Positions 43,362 to 43,586 of a stretch of DNA of 43,586 bases are shown here, piece by piece. The stretch's first letter is position 1. Every line of letters begins with the position of its first letter. The notes below the pieces were generated by a model, which saw nothing but the letters and a program-made list of their open reading frames with translations, was not told the DNA's origin and did no database searches. Source of the DNA: Guillardia theta CCMP2712 (taxonomy: Eukaryota > Protista > Cryptophyta); the NCBI RefSeq assembly GCF_000315625.1, contig NW_005434430.1:1-43586 (forward strand). Direction: 5' to 3'. Made by a program: the position numbers and the translations under genes.

Positions 43362-43586
43362 AGGAAGAGGAGGAGGAGGAGGACAGGGAGAAAGTGGGAG
43401 AGGAGGAGAAGGAGGATGGGGAGGAGGGAGAGGAGGGGGATGATGGTCTTAGTGGTGCGGGGCTGATTAAAAAGCTGTCTCCGTGTAATCAAACATGGAG
43501 TTGACAGAAGAAGCAAAAGGGGCGGGAGGAGGAGAGGGAGATGGTGGGGGAAGGAGGAGGAGGATGACGGGAGTTAGAAGTCAGGA

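Overview
Eukaryotic, intron-rich nuclear DNA with short GT-AG introns, plant-type (CCCTAAA)n telomeric tracts and one 529-N gap. It looks like an algal left-arm subtelomere; a cryptophyte such as Guillardia is my inference, not a verified assignment. (1) 24064-26782 (- strand) is a compact, AT-rich element encoding a Fanzor1/TnpB-type RNA-guided nuclease. It has an N-terminal NLS, RuvC D-E-D motifs, a zinc finger, a 61-nt spliceosomal intron before the last catalytic Asp and a 1-nt frameshift in an A7 run. Downstream is a strand-specific structured RNA (putative omegaRNA) running to an imperfect terminal inverted repeat, with TTAA just outside the other end. (2) 1-7500 is a mosaic of telomeric repeats and copies of a ~2.7-kb element with one large ORF, no reverse transcriptase, a structured 3' UTR and a (TAA)n tail fused to TTTAGGG, suggesting a telomere-targeting ORF1-only retroelement. 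(3) An intronless phage/plasmid-type DUF1281/YubB-like gene sits next to the telomeric mosaic. Host genes include SNU13, a GNAT acetyltransferase, an Mpv17/PMP22 protein, an ARM-repeat pseudogene, an ankyrin protein, an alpha2delta/CACHD1-like VWA-Cache protein, an Ataxin-2/Pbp1 homolog and an EF-hand protein, among many micro- and minisatellites. All family calls are from motif recognition by eye; no searches were run.
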